Shown: one piece after another, positions 12,710-25,365 of the stretch
How positions within the stretch are numbered: position 1 is the first letter of the stretch
Layout of the letters: the number at the start of each line of letters is the position of its first letter
Assembly: GCA_030390025.1 (NCBI GenBank)
Contig: CM059440.1
Span: forward strand, 3,782,001-3,846,000
Direction: 5' to 3'
DNA from: Squalus acanthias
Taxonomy: Eukaryota
DNA length: 64,000 bases
The notes under the pieces: model-generated
Database searches by the model: none
Told to the model about the DNA's origin: nothing
Seen by the model: the letters and a program-made list of their open reading frames with translations, nothing else
Position numbers and translations under genes: made by a program

Positions 12710-14471
12710 CAATTCCCTTGCTCACCCCAACTTACTCTTGAACACCCCATCTCGTAGTTTTTTTCCAATCTTTTCCTCCATCACCCCGTTGCCCCCCCCC
12801 CCAAAATGCCATCTCTGCTCATTGTATCCATGAGTCCACCTCCTGCTCCCTTGACCCCATTCCCTCTAAACTACTGACCACCCAACTTCCCTTCTTGGCC
12901 CCCATGCTAGCTGACATTGTAAATAGTTGCCTCTCCTCCAGCGCTGTCACTTTCAAAACTGCCGTCATCGCCCATTCATCAAAAAAAAACACCCTCTCCC
13001 CTCTGTCCTTGCAAGCTACTACCCCATCTTAAACTTCCCTTTCATCTCCAGTCCTTGAATGTGTTGTCTCCCAGATCCATGCCTATCTCTTCTACAGCTC
13101 CCTGTTTGAATCCCTCCAATCAGATTTCTTACCCCACAGTAGCCAAAACTGTCCTAGTTAAAATTACAAACAACAATGTGACTGTGACCATGCATTACCC
13201 CTCCTTGACTTCTATGCAACCTTTGAAATGGCCAATCATGCCATCCTTTAGCGACTCGCCTGTTACCTGGCTCAGTGGGACTGCCCTCGCTCGGTCTCAC
13301 TCTTGTCTAAATGCTCATAACTAGAGCTTCTCTACTAATGGTTTCTCTTCCCATCCCTGCACTGTTTCCTCTGGTGTCCCCCAGGGATCTATCTTTGCCC
13401 CACTACTTCCCTCGTCTACATGCTGCCCCTTGTCAACACCATCCACAGACATGGGCTCAGCTTCCATGTGTACTCTGGCACTCAGTTCTAGTCTCCACCA
13501 TCTCTCTTGACCTCTCCATTACCTCTTTCCTGTCAGACTGCTTGTCTGAGGTGCAGGTGTTGGATGAGCTGCAGTTTCCCCCAGATAAATGTTAGGAAGA
13601 CCAAGGCCACCGTCATTCACCACCGCCATAAATTCCATACCCTTGTCACCAGCTCCATCTCTATCCCGTGCCACTGTCTTGGGCTGAACCAGACTGCTCG
13701 CAACACCAGCATCCTATTCGACCCTGGGCTGAGCTTTCGACCCCTTTTCCTTTTGATCACATACTTGTCTACTTCCATCTCTCTAACATCTGCTCCTACC
13801 TCAGCCCATCTGACACTAAAACCCTCACTCTCATCTTCAAACTTGACTATCTCTGTGCTCTGCTGCCTGGTGCCTCATCTTCCACCCTCCATAAACTTCA
13901 GCTCATCCAAAGTTCTGCTGCCAACTCCCACTCATCCGTCACTCTTGTACTTGCTGTCCTGATTGATCCTGATCCCCTAACTTCTCAACTTTAAAATTCT
14001 CATCCTTGTGCCCAAGGCCCCACCCCTCGCTATCTCTGTAACCTTCTCCAACTTTACAACCGCCTGCCCCAAACTCTCCGCTCCTCTTACTTTGGTCTCT
14101 TGTGCGTCCCCCACTCTATTCACCCCACCATTGGCAACTGTGCCTTTAGCTGCCTCAGCCATATGCTTTGAAATTCCCTCCTTAAAATTCTCTGACTCTC
14201 CGTGCCCCCTCTCCTCCTTTTAAGCCCTCCTGAAAACTTACCCCTTCAAATAAGCTTTTGCTCACCCCTCAATATCTCCTTTTTTCCTACATTACAAAAG
14301 TGACTACACTTCAAAAAAGCTTCATTAGCTGTAAAGTGCTTTGAATGTCCTGAAGACATGAAAGGTGCTGTTTCTTTCTTTGGTACAGGGTCCATGTTTC
14401 TCCCCTACACTGCCGTGCATCACTTTGGGGCTTGTTTCTACATTAAAGGTGGTATATAAACGCAAGTAGTA
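12710..14471 (+). mobile_element. L2 LINE 3' portion, degraded
   Basis: STSCSLDPIPSKLLTTQLPFLAPMLADIVNSCLS, FKTAVI, GVPQGSI and KLDY...KLQLIQSSAA motifs; L2-type end ctacattaaaggtggtatataaacgcaagt. Confidence 0.88.
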
Positions 14472-15837
14472 GCAGGAGTAAAAGATCCCATGGCACTATT
14501 TGGAGAAACCAAGGAATTCTCTTGGTATCCTGGCCAACATTTCTCCCTCAACCAGCATCACCAAACCAAAACAAAACAGATTAACTGATCATTCATTTCA
14601 TTTTCTGTTTGAGGGACAGTGCTGTGTGCAGTTCGGCTGCTACATTGCCTACAAAAAATGACACTTTCAAAAGTAATTCATGGATTGTGAAGTGCTTTGG
14701 GGCACCTTGAAGTGTTAAGGCCGTGTATAAAAGCAGGTTTCCTTTAGCTTTTCAAGGCAGCAAAGACACCTCTGAAGAGTGGTTAAAGCTTTACCTCATG
14801 ACTGAAATTCTGTAGTGCATGCCACCATTCATTATTATCCATATAACAATGTTTTTACTTTTTTAATGAAATGATATGCAATTTGTACTTCATATCTGTG
14901 GGTGATTAAGGGGCTGTAATCTGTTTTGAGGTTAACATCTGAGCCCTTTTCTTAGAAAAGAGGCCTATAAATGCCCCATTATCTCTTTGAATAACATAAG
15001 CCTATATATTTATTTTAAAATAGCTGAGGGGCTGCTTAAAACGGAAAATAAAATCAAAAGGCTTGGTCTTGACAGTCATTCCTGGTTGTGAATTTCAGGT
15101 TTCCCAGCAGTACTGCAAGCAGTGATGCTATGAGGTTTTCTTCTCAAGGATACTGGTGAATGTATACCTCTCCTAACATGGTCTAGACTGACACTTGTGT
15201 GGTTTTACAGCCACTTTCTCCAGAAGGCGATTCTTTCTTTAAAATGATCAGGGCTCAAGAGAGTCACGTTAGAACATTAAAAGGAACACCAGTTTTAGCT
15301 GAACAGAGGGTGGATTCGTTCCTATAGAGTGCCAGCCACTCCAAGTTGTTTCTATACTCCTGGTGAGATGCTATAGTATGACAGCTGAGAATCCCTGAAA
15401 ACTAGACTCCCGTTCCTCATTGTCAGGAAAGGTGTGAGGATTGGGAGATGTGAATGTGTTTTTGTACAGTACCATAAAGTTTCCTCCATAATGTACCTTT
15501 GAATAGAATTTGTTAAATAGTTCAAATAGAAAATAGAATAAGAAATTGATTGGTTAGACTTTAGCAAATGATTCACAACTTTGCTCACCTTATGGACAGC
15601 GTAGTAATATTTGGGTCAGCTTCCTAACGCCTGACGCACTTCTTAGATCCTCTTTATTTTATCCCATAGCTATCTGTCATACTCCAGTCACTTGTTCACA
15701 TTCAAATGACTGGGAGGACTGACATTGAGAGAGCTTGTATAATTCTGTCTGTTGGAATAGAGCACTCATATTTTAATGCAGTTATTTTATCCAATTGTTT
15801 TAGGTTTCCTTTTGAAATTGTGAAATCTTTTTTAATT

Positions 15838-15992
15838 TGGTCTAGGAATGTGGGGCAGTGCTGGCAAGTCTCAATTATTGCCTATCCCTTGTTTTGAGAA
15901 GGTGGTGCTGAGCCTTCTTGGAATGCTGCCGTCTTTGTGGTGATGGTGCCCCTATAATAGTATTATGCAGGGAAGTCAAGGATTTTGGCCCA
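15838..15992 (-). mobile_element. LINE 3'-end fragment (CR1-group), degraded
   Basis: The reverse complement ends in gggataggcaataattgagacttgccagcactgccccacattcc, the same tail type as the SINE at 33505-33790. Confidence 0.5.
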
Positions 15993-16162
15993 TGCTGAAA
16001 CATCACTACACAGTGCTGTGGCATGGTGTGAAGCTCAGTTAATATCTACTCTTTTATGATGCCTGCCAGTGCTTCAAAGAAATATGTTTTGGCTGAAATG
16101 CACAATGTTCCATTAGATTTATATTATGTTTATACCACTACAGTATACTTGTGTATACAATA

Positions 16163-17068
16163 CAGGAAACTCTTTGGTATCCGGCACCTACGGGACCGGG
16201 ATGGTGCCGGTTGATTAAAAATTCCGGATAACGAAGGGACATGGAGGTACAAGAGCCCAGATCACTCAGCCGCAAGTGCTGGAGCCCAGATCACTCAGCC
16301 ACAAGTGCAGGAGCCAGGGTTACACAACCAGAGGTGCAGGAGCCAGGGTTACACAACCAGAGGTGCAGGAGCCAGGGTTACACAACCAGAGGTGCAGGAG
16401 CCAGGGTTACACAACCAGAGGTGCAGGAGCCAGGGTTACACAACCAGAGGTGCAGGAGCCAGGGTTACACAACCAGAGGTGCAGGAGCCAGGGTTACACA
16501 ACCAGAGGTGCAGGAGCCAGGGTTACACAACCAGAGGTGCAGGAGCCAGGGTTACACAACCAGAGGTGCAGGAGCCAGGGTTACACAACCAGAGGTGCAG
16601 GAGCCAGGGTTACACAACCAGAGGTGCAGGAGCCAGGGTTACACAACCAGAGGTGCAGGAGCCAGGGTTACACAACCAGAGGTGCAGGAGCCAGGGTTAC
16701 ACAACCAGAGGTGCAGGAGCCAGGGTTACACAACCAGAGGTGCAGGAGCCAGGGTTACACAACCAGAGGTGCAGGAGCCAGGGTTACACAACCAGAGGTG
16801 CAGGAGCCAGGGTTACACAACCAGAGGTGCAGGAGCCAGGGTTACACAACCAGAGGTGCAGGAGCCAGGGTTACACAACCAGAGGTGCAGGAGCCAGGGT
16901 TACACAACCAGAGGTGCAGGAGCCAGGGTTACACAACCAGAGGTGCAGGAGCCAGGGTTACACAGCCACAAATATACAGTATACGGAAGCCTCAAAACCT
17001 ACTCCTGAATTTTGCCGGTTATTAGAGAATTCCGGATAATTAGGTGCCGTTTAAACGAGAGTTTCCTG
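16163..17068. mobile_element. Non-autonomous Tc1/mariner (pogo/Tigger-like) MITE, copy B, inverted relative to copy A and containing a tandem array
   Basis: TIRs CAGGAAACTCTTTGGTATCCGGCACC / GGTGCCGTTTAAACGAGAGTTTCCTG, TA on both flanks (16161-16162 and 17069-17070). About 70 bp at each end aligns with the opposite end of 1398-1760. Confidence 0.85.
16253..16972 (+). repeat. 29-bp minisatellite (GAGCCAGGGTTACACAACCAGAGGTGCAG), about 25 units
   Basis: Two diverged units start at 16253 and 16282, 22 apparently identical units span 16311-16948, and a partial diverged unit starts at 16949. Confidence 0.97.
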
Positions 17069-17169
17069 TATGTAGGTAATCAGCAACTATTTAAAAATTT
17101 TCACTAATTGTTGTCCCGTTATTCCTCTCCTAGAGGTGATGACTAATGTTGGTTTATGGAAGAAAGACA

Positions 17170-17447
17170 GACAGACTTGCAGTTATATAGGACCTTTCAT
17201 GGCCACAGGACATCCCAAAGTGCTTTACAACCAATGAAGTACTTTTGAAGTGTAATTGCTGCTGAAATATAGGTAACGCAGCAGCCAGTTGCGCACAGCC
17301 AGCTCCTACAAACAGAAATGAGATAATGACCAGATACTGTTTTTAGTGATGTTGGTTGAGGGATAAATATTGACCAGGACACCAGGGTGAACTCCCCTGA
17401 TCTTCAAAATAGGACCATGCGATCTGTTATGTCCACCTGAGAGGGCC
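17170..17447 (-). mobile_element. Deu-domain SINE, 3' half
   Basis: gacttgcagttatatagg...caatgaagtacttttgaagtgt...gagggataaatattgaccaggacacc...gtccacctgagaggg matches the copies at 31400 and 61341. Confidence 0.88.
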
Positions 17448-20400
17448 ATGTACAAAATGGCTGTGAACTTTGTGCAATAAATGCACATTTTAAATTAAGA
17501 AACTAACCATCAATTTATTGTAATGCATCGGGAAGAAATTCTAATTGCTTTGATACACAAAATATTAACTGGCAATGGGAGACCAGTGGGAGTTGGGGCA
17601 TCCAGCCATTTTTTTTCACTTTTGACCTGCCATTTGAGTATTGCAGCCACCAAAATCTAATGGTGCAGCACCAGGCGATCAATTAACTGCTCTGCTGGCT
17701 CCCAGCCTTCCCAAGCAGCTGCATGCAACTCTTAACTGCTGGACCTACCACATACCTGAGAGCTCAACAAAAGTGTTTTGCCCATCACAACCAACCATAG
17801 AGGTAGCACTAAAGACACTATGTCCTCAACCGCCAGTGATCCCACCAGAAGCAGTCTCGAGTAGCGCTGACAAATTAGAATCATTACAGAGCCTGGCTGC
17901 ATGTTTGGGAGTGGGATTAATCAGCTCTGCAGTGCCAGCTGATACTTGCTGACAGAAGTAATTGAATGCTGCTGGAGAGGTTGGAATGGAGTGTGTGCGC
18001 AGAGAGGCAATCAGCAGCATGCTGCTCATTATTTGCCAATTACCTATGGGGATCCTGCAATTGCGGTGGATAATTGAGCTTTACTGTAGTTGGATAGAAT
18101 GTAACCATCTTTATATTTTAATTCATGTTAAATTGCAACTATGCTTGTTCTCTTTATATTGTGTGCAGATACAATTGTTTTATGTATTAAAAATATTGTG
18201 CCTATAATGTAATTCTAAAGCACTTCAAATCACCATTTATGATTAGCTTCTATTTCCTTTTAATTACTGAAATATACTATGTTGAAGTTTATTTTTAAAG
18301 TTGGAGCTGTGAGTCAGCTGTGGGTGTGACTTGTTGGAATATTTGCCTCGAGTTGAAAACTGCTGGTAGGTGTAATGGGTTTCCTCCATATTTTTCTTGT
18401 GCTCCAGTGTCAAAAGTAGAATGTTGTTTTAGCCTTTGGGCATAAATTCTGGTTCCTGAAGGGTTACTTTGTATTCTCATCATACAAGGTCAAATTTACC
18501 ATATCCTGGGAGCAAAAGGGTATAAGGTGGGGAAGGACTACCTTCCATTGACTGTCAGTCTGATGACTGCTGCCTCTCCATGGATCATAACTTAAAATTC
18601 TAGAACAGATTTCGGGAAGATAATTAGTTGACATCAACTTCTAAATTTGCAGAGGGCATTGTTCATTTGTTTGCTTGCTGCTTCTGCTCTTGGAGAAAAT
18701 ATACCAAGAGATATCAGGGTAAGATGCATCAGAGCAATCACACCACCCCTCATCCTTGATGCTTTCACAAAGAGCATACTAGCTGTGCCTAACTCGTACT
18801 CAGCAAAGTGATTGGTATTGCATCCTCTGTTGAGTATCACTATAGTTGGGTCTAGAAGTCCAATGTTTTTTTGCTAACCCACGGATCTCCGGCCTGCTGT
18901 ATCTGACATTTAGCCCTAAGCTTTCAAAGCAGCAGAGATCTGTCTAGGATGTACAGGCTTTAGTACCCTTCAGCAGAACACTTATTACACAGCCTCCCTA
19001 TTGGATAGTAGAAGTTAAGAATGAATAGAAGAATACTTGTATTATATAGCTTCTTATTGTGTCAAAACCCCTTGAAGTTTTTTATTCAGTTAATTAATTT
19101 GCAATGACTTGTATGCACAAAAGTCTGCCCCGCAAGCTTGTGAATCCCATTATAGCACATAAAAGCATACTGTGTAATCAGTGGGGTTTTTTCTTCAATT
19201 TTATTCCCTAATGAAGGTGACTTATTTGGGGTAAGGTTCCGCAGGTCCCAGCAGCCCTCCTGCGACCCATTCCAATAGCATTCTTCATGGGTGAGCTTGG
19301 GTTTTATTGGTAGAATATTTGTCCATTACTGCAGCAGAGCAGGATACACCTGTGGCACTTCAATTGACTAGTCACAGGTCTTGTGTAACAAGGAAGGATC
19401 AATTTAGTCATTGCAGCAGGAGAAGCAGACCTAAGTCGGGCTTCAATTGACTGCCTGGTCACTGCATGTCAGGTGATTAACACTGTAACCACGGGTGCTT
19501 GTCGGGCGCAGTATAATGACACTCCTCGAATAGCCACAATCGGAGGAAACTCGACATTCCAGCCTGGGGGGGTTGTGGCCAGTTTTGTGGGTGGGGACGG
19601 CTTTGGGCGAATGGGCTTTTATACCAGCGTAAAAGATCGCGGATACTCCAGCGTAAAATGGGTATGGACGCAGCTCACTTGCCCTTATAATTCTGAAATC
19701 TTTAACACTATTTCATTCGATTCCGCCAAGATTAAGCTGATATCTGGGTGGAAATCATGTGAAAACTTCAGGCCAGCATCTCCTTTGTAGTCTCGCTAAC
19801 GAGCTGAGGAGTTGCAGTTTGTATACATTCCAGTCCGGGATTTGCAGTTGTAATGACTACGAAACTGTCAGTGTTCACTGTCATTACAACTGTGAAACTG
19901 ACAGCAACTTCTGTCATCCGCACATGCGCAGTTAAACATGCAAATCCAGAAGTTGCTGTCCACCGTTCCCTGCTCCTCCACAGGGTTGAAGAGCCCACAG
20001 ACTCCAATCAATTGAAATCACTGAACTGACGAGAACTTCCCTTTGACGCTGTAATATCACTTAAAAAAAAAACTCCAAAAAAGTTAATCCTTGTTCAGTG
20101 AGGTGTAACTGGGTTTTTAACAGCGTACTGAGTCATAACTACTGCTGAGCAACCGTTCTGGCAATGAAAAACTAATATATTTGAGGAATGTCAAATTTTT
20201 TCCATTATGATAAAATTCCTTGGTTTTTAATTTTTAAGTTTGTTTATAATCTTTCAGCTTCTATCTTAATCACCTATGTATGTCACGATCTTTATTTTGC
20301 TCTCTAAATTGATTAAAAAGAGAAGGATAATCAGTGCATTTTACTTCCTGGTTTAGCTACATTAGTGTTAAACTTTGAAACCGTTTAAAATTAGAAATAC

Positions 20401-21130
20401 GAAAGATCGAGATTGTAAATGTGCTAATTGAATTTTTCTCAATCTTGATGAAGATTGGGCATATTCCAGATCTAGTCATAATTTATCTTGGGAATTTAGC
20501 ATATGTAGACATCAGTAAAGCGCATATAACTAAAATAATTTGTCTACATCATACCTGTTGACATTTTGTGGAGAGAACCAGTTTGATGGGCTAGCTTGCC
20601 TTTTCTCATTCCATATACGTTATGCTGTTCAGCAAGACCTGTTGTCATAACAAAAGCTAATTTGAATGCAACTTTGGAGAATGTTTGCAAGGCACCAAAC
20701 ATTTGCTTCTATCTCAAAACATTGTATGGTTGGCTTCTCCTACTGTTCCTAACCAGACCTTCCTGAAGCATGTTACTTTGGGAGATCAATTCATATGTGA
20801 AGAAGAGAGAATTTCATTTCTCAAACTCTTTCTCTCTCCTCCTCTCCCCCCCCCCCCCCCCCCCCCCCCCCCAACCCTAATCCCTTCAGAAGATAATGAC
20901 TCATGACGTACTGTAGTTCCATGGGTGTTGGCAGACCTGTACCTTGTTGAATTGGCCATTTCCTGCATGAAACTAGATAGTGCTAGGCTGTTGTTGTGAA
21001 GAAGAGCATTGAATCTAAACCTGATGCCCTCATTCATCATTCACATATGCACTTTTTAACAGTGGTCATTTGATAGCAATCAAGGTTAAGGAGTCCTTGT
21101 GTTTTTTTCTTTCTTTCTCCTCAACTCTCT

Positions 21131-21166
<36 letters not shown>

Positions 21167-24100
21167 CAAAATATCCAAGGACAATGCTGACATAAGGAAT
21201 CAGGAAGAGGATCTTTATACTGACTTAATAGGAAGGTGTATGGCATCTTCAAATATCACTTGTGGTCAAGAAATGGTAAAGCTACTAAACAAGATATCGC
21301 TGAATTGATTTTGTTGAAGACAAAATATCTGCTCAGGATTGTGTTCATTTTTGTAGTTGACAAACAGAAGGAATGGTAGTAACTCTTTAATCTTACCTGG
21401 ATGCCGAGGATAGGAGCGTAGTAATGTATCGGTTGGAAGAGACCATTGCGGTCCAACTGGCAAAGTACGTTTAAAAAAAATTATACTATTCTAGAGCTCA
21501 TACCCCTCAGTTGCTTTTTCTACCAAATATCTATCCAAGATGCAGATATAACAGAAAGCTGTAAGTGGAAAAAGCTTTCTGTGGCACTAAGAGTTCCATT
21601 ATAGGGCTCAAGATGCCTAACTTGAATGATAAACTGCTGCAATCACCCTTTTCATTGCGTGCTTTACAATAGTTCTTCGGCAGGTGGGGGACGATCTGCA
21701 TTTTAGTTTGTATGGAATGTGTAAGGAGTAAGTGGCATTTTGTTAGGACATTTTCATGACCAGTGTTTCGCTCTAGCGGATTTTTTTTCTGCCCCTGGTT
21801 TGCTACAGTTTGTTCGTGAGCTTGCGCAGTTGTGCTTTCCTAGGTCCAGAGTGAGAAGGGGTTGTTTCTCCCATTTAATCTGAGGTTAGCATTTTGAACA
21901 GCATCTTGTGGACAAAATCTGAAAGCTAATGTTTAGAATATGCTTTTAGAAATGTGATGTTTTCTAGAGGTAGTCATAGCAAAGGATCGTGTGCTTGTTT
22001 TCACCCTGCATGTGTGTGTGTTGCTGCTGTACCTGTAGCTAATTTAAAAAAATTAGTCCGAGCCGAAGTGCTGTACTGGATGGAGGGAGTAATGCTTGTT
22101 TCAGGGCTGTTAACTTTAGAGACGAAAGCATGCTGGAGCTCAAACCTTTACAGTATGGATAGTTTGAAGAGACTATTTCAGCTTGCTAAAACTTCACTGA
22201 AATTCAGACATGGCACAGGTGCTGTTTCTGCTGAAGTTTGACCAGTAATTCTGTAACTGGTCACTCATAACTTGTGATCAGCTGAAAAGTAAGAAGGCAA
22301 TGATCTTGTGCCGTGAAGTAGCGGGATCTGCACTGATTCAGCAATTCTGTGAGCAGATTAAGTATAAAATCAAAACTCAAGCAAACCAGATAGGGCATAC
22401 ATATAAAGAGTGACCATTTGGGGGGGGGGGGGGGGGGGGGGGGGGAATTATGGAGCCAATCTGGAGATTGAGCAGTCTGGTATTTCAGTAATTACTAGGC
22501 TCAGACTACATCCGTTATTTCCAGGCTCAGTTTTCAGTAATGCTTCACTTAAGCTTGCCCATCTGCTCCCAGCATGCACACCCTGTTCAGTTGGACATGT
22601 AATAGTACATGTTTGTAATGAGGTGGCTGGCATTGGGAGGGGATCAAAAAGATTGTGTATTTAAAAAGTTCTGTAGAACAGTCGAATATTGAACTTGTAT
22701 CACAGCATTGAAGTCAAGCAGTCAGTCGATTGAGTTTTATCAGTGCCAACAAATGGAGTGCCATCGCAAGTAACCAGTTAACATTGCTTAAGATTTTAAA
22801 TATCACTGTTACATTGTTGGAGTTACTGTAATTGCTGGACCAAGTGACAACTTATAAATATTAAGCAATTGGTAAATTTGCAATTGAATTTTAAGGAAGG
22901 ATAGCTTGGTAACCTCTCCACTGTGATTTATCTAGGCCTCTGCTGGAGTTTTTGGTGCAAACTCTAACTACATGTAAATTGTAGTCATTTTAACTTTCAT
23001 TGTGAAGTGTAATTGGCTAACTTGCGTTGTCGCCTGGGATAAATTCAAAATACTTATTTTTGAAGCACAGCGCAACCCTTTGCTTTGGTCCAAAAATACT
23101 GTAATACCTTATTTGTGCTGTGACCCGACTCCCGCATAATTTGAATTTGCTGGTTCATGGAGCATTTTGTTAGGACGCTATCGTGACCTAACTTTGTCAA
23201 TGCCATGAATCAGAAAGCACAAACTGAATAAATGCCTCTGCTCCACTGCCAGCTCTGTGCAGCTGTTTTACCTCTACCTATCCTGCTGTGCTAGTTCTCG
23301 CTCACCAAAGGATATATAAAAGTCAAAATAAACTTTGCACATGTTGATATATTTAAACCTCTAGCTGATGGCTATGTTTGGTATCTTAAATAAATTTTAA
23401 AATATAATTTAAACAAGCTTTTATATTTGAGTGACTCTTAAATATTTGTGTCTCTGCGCACTTTTCCTACAGAGTGGTATCAAAACTAATTTCTGGACTA
23501 CGCACTCATGCATGTGATCTCTCGCCTCTGGACTTTGTATGTTGGCATCACTGTATGGTGGGGAGTGTAGTTTCTACCCTAAATTTATTTTATTTGGCTG
23601 TACTTCAAAGAATGTTTCTGTAGATTCTGAGTTAGCTTTTCTGAATCCTGTAGTCCAGTGGCTTTCACAGTTGGAATACAAACAACGGTTTAAACATTGG
23701 TATTAAAATTTGGAACTTTCTCAGTTTGCGAGCGGTGGAATGTGGCCCATCTCGCATTCCACTGCTTACTGTGATTATCTAGCCATTGCTGTTTGACGGA
23801 TATTGCTTTGTGTAGATTGGCTGCTAAATTTGTGTGAATACAACAATGACCACACTTCAAAAGAAATCTGAAATAACACTTAATCGGCTGACGCTTTGTG
23901 AAGTGTTGAGGACATGAAAGGCTCTGTACAAATGCTGATGGCAGAGACTCGTTCTAGGTGTGGTTACCATTCCTCACGTTAGTCCTCGTCGGCATTAGCG
24001 GGCAATTTGAATAGGGTTCACAGCTGAACCTAAACCTGCATCCACATGTATCAGGGATCACTGGATACCAATGAGGCATTATCATTGTTTTAAACAGCAA

Positions 24101-25365
24101 TAACTTGAACGGAGCAAAATTATTTTGATAGAATTTAAACCTCCAGTTCCCGTTATTGTTTTAGGTTTATTGTAGAAATAAGACAATTCACTGTGTCCTT
24201 CATTTTAATTTTTAAATTTACCTTTGCATGGGAGTATTCAGACTTTTTTGTGTTATGTATTAGTTGAGACTGTTGCCTGTTTCTCCTGTTAGATTCTTGA
24301 GGTTTTGAAATGGCCTAGGTGATGAACTTCCACGGGTGAATCTTAAGCCCAGAAAGCAATTCATAAATAGCCAATTGATGATTACTTACAGTAGCACATG
24401 AGTCCATCTAGGTGCTTACCCACCAATTTTGCCGCTTTCGCATTTCGTCCAACACTCTGCACATGTAGAGAAAAGCGTCAGGCTAAATCTGGAGGCCTTA
24501 GCCAGAGTTGCTGGTGTGTCATTAGTTAAGCTGCTCTTATATTGGGTGGTGTTGGGGTGTTTGCACTACTAGTTCCCAAAGCGTGCGATCGCATTGCCTG
24601 CAGCAACCCTAATGTAAACCTGCCGGATTAGTCCAGGAAGACCTGGTTTAAAAAGTGGATCTTCCTGGGTTGGCCATGGTGATTCCACCAAGTTTATATT
24701 GGGGTTATCGCTGGTTGCATGAGACCTGTGCTTCAGGAATAGGTGGCACAAAACCCCCGCTGGTGTCCATATAAACAAAACTTATAATTTATATGCCCCA
24801 CCCAATGATGAGAATAAATGCCCTAAATAAGGCTAAAGCCATTTATGTCGGGAACTTGGGAGAATTGATAACTCACTTAAAATACACATTAAAATCACTA
24901 TTTGAATCTGACTTTAAAAGAATAACTCCCATGAAAGCAAATTGAAGCTAAAATTTATGCTAGATTGAAAATGTCTGTTTCATGACAAAATTAATATTCA
25001 TACCCACTTGGACCTAATGAGTATGGAACTGCTTTGTGGCATTCATAAATATATGCTGTTGAGTGATACCATCAGTGAATTGAATAATGTGTTGATTAGA
25101 TAATGTGAAGTAGAATTGGGAAAATGATTAACATGGTATTACCATAATACGTATCTGATTTGCTGTTCTGTGTATTAAATAGAAACCTAATTTGTCTCAG
25201 TTTGGTGACTATTGTGAAAGAACAGACCACCCTAATTGGTCCATTCTTCTGTACTCTAGTATCTGGATCCACAATTCCAACCTTTTTCATTTGCCCACTT
25301 TTCCTCCCAACACGCACGCACACCAGAAGTGGTTATCAGTTTGATGCCAGGCGAATAGTATTGTG

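Larger units (their letters stand above)
12093..14738 (+). mobile_element. Deu-domain tRNA SINE (SacSINE1-like) split into pieces (about 12093-12211, 12664-12705, 14472-14738) by later insertions
   Basis: Head with B box gggttcaagctcc, Deu-domain pieces (ttttggatgacattattaaac; gtaaaagatcccatggcactattt) and a 3' tail that are collinear with the intact copy at 61341-61810. Confidence 0.65.

Noticed and set aside
16311-16948. CRISPR-like array
   Set aside because: Units are contiguous with no unique spacers, there are no cas genes, and the DNA is vertebrate.
16241-17039. Three overlapping ~250-aa repetitive ORFs
   Set aside because: Artefact of a 29-bp unit (not a multiple of 3) with no + strand stop in any frame; no splice or promoter context supports a gene.
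19540-19610. U1 snRNA-like words (ggaaactcgac, tttgtgg..ggggac)
   Set aside because: The spacing is wrong, and the 5' ATACTTACCTG and stem-loops I-II are absent.
24293-24318. Candidate non-coding 5'UTR exon (ttctcctgttag / GTGATG)
   Set aside because: Splice-like motifs of this quality arise by chance in 30 kb; cDNA evidence is needed.
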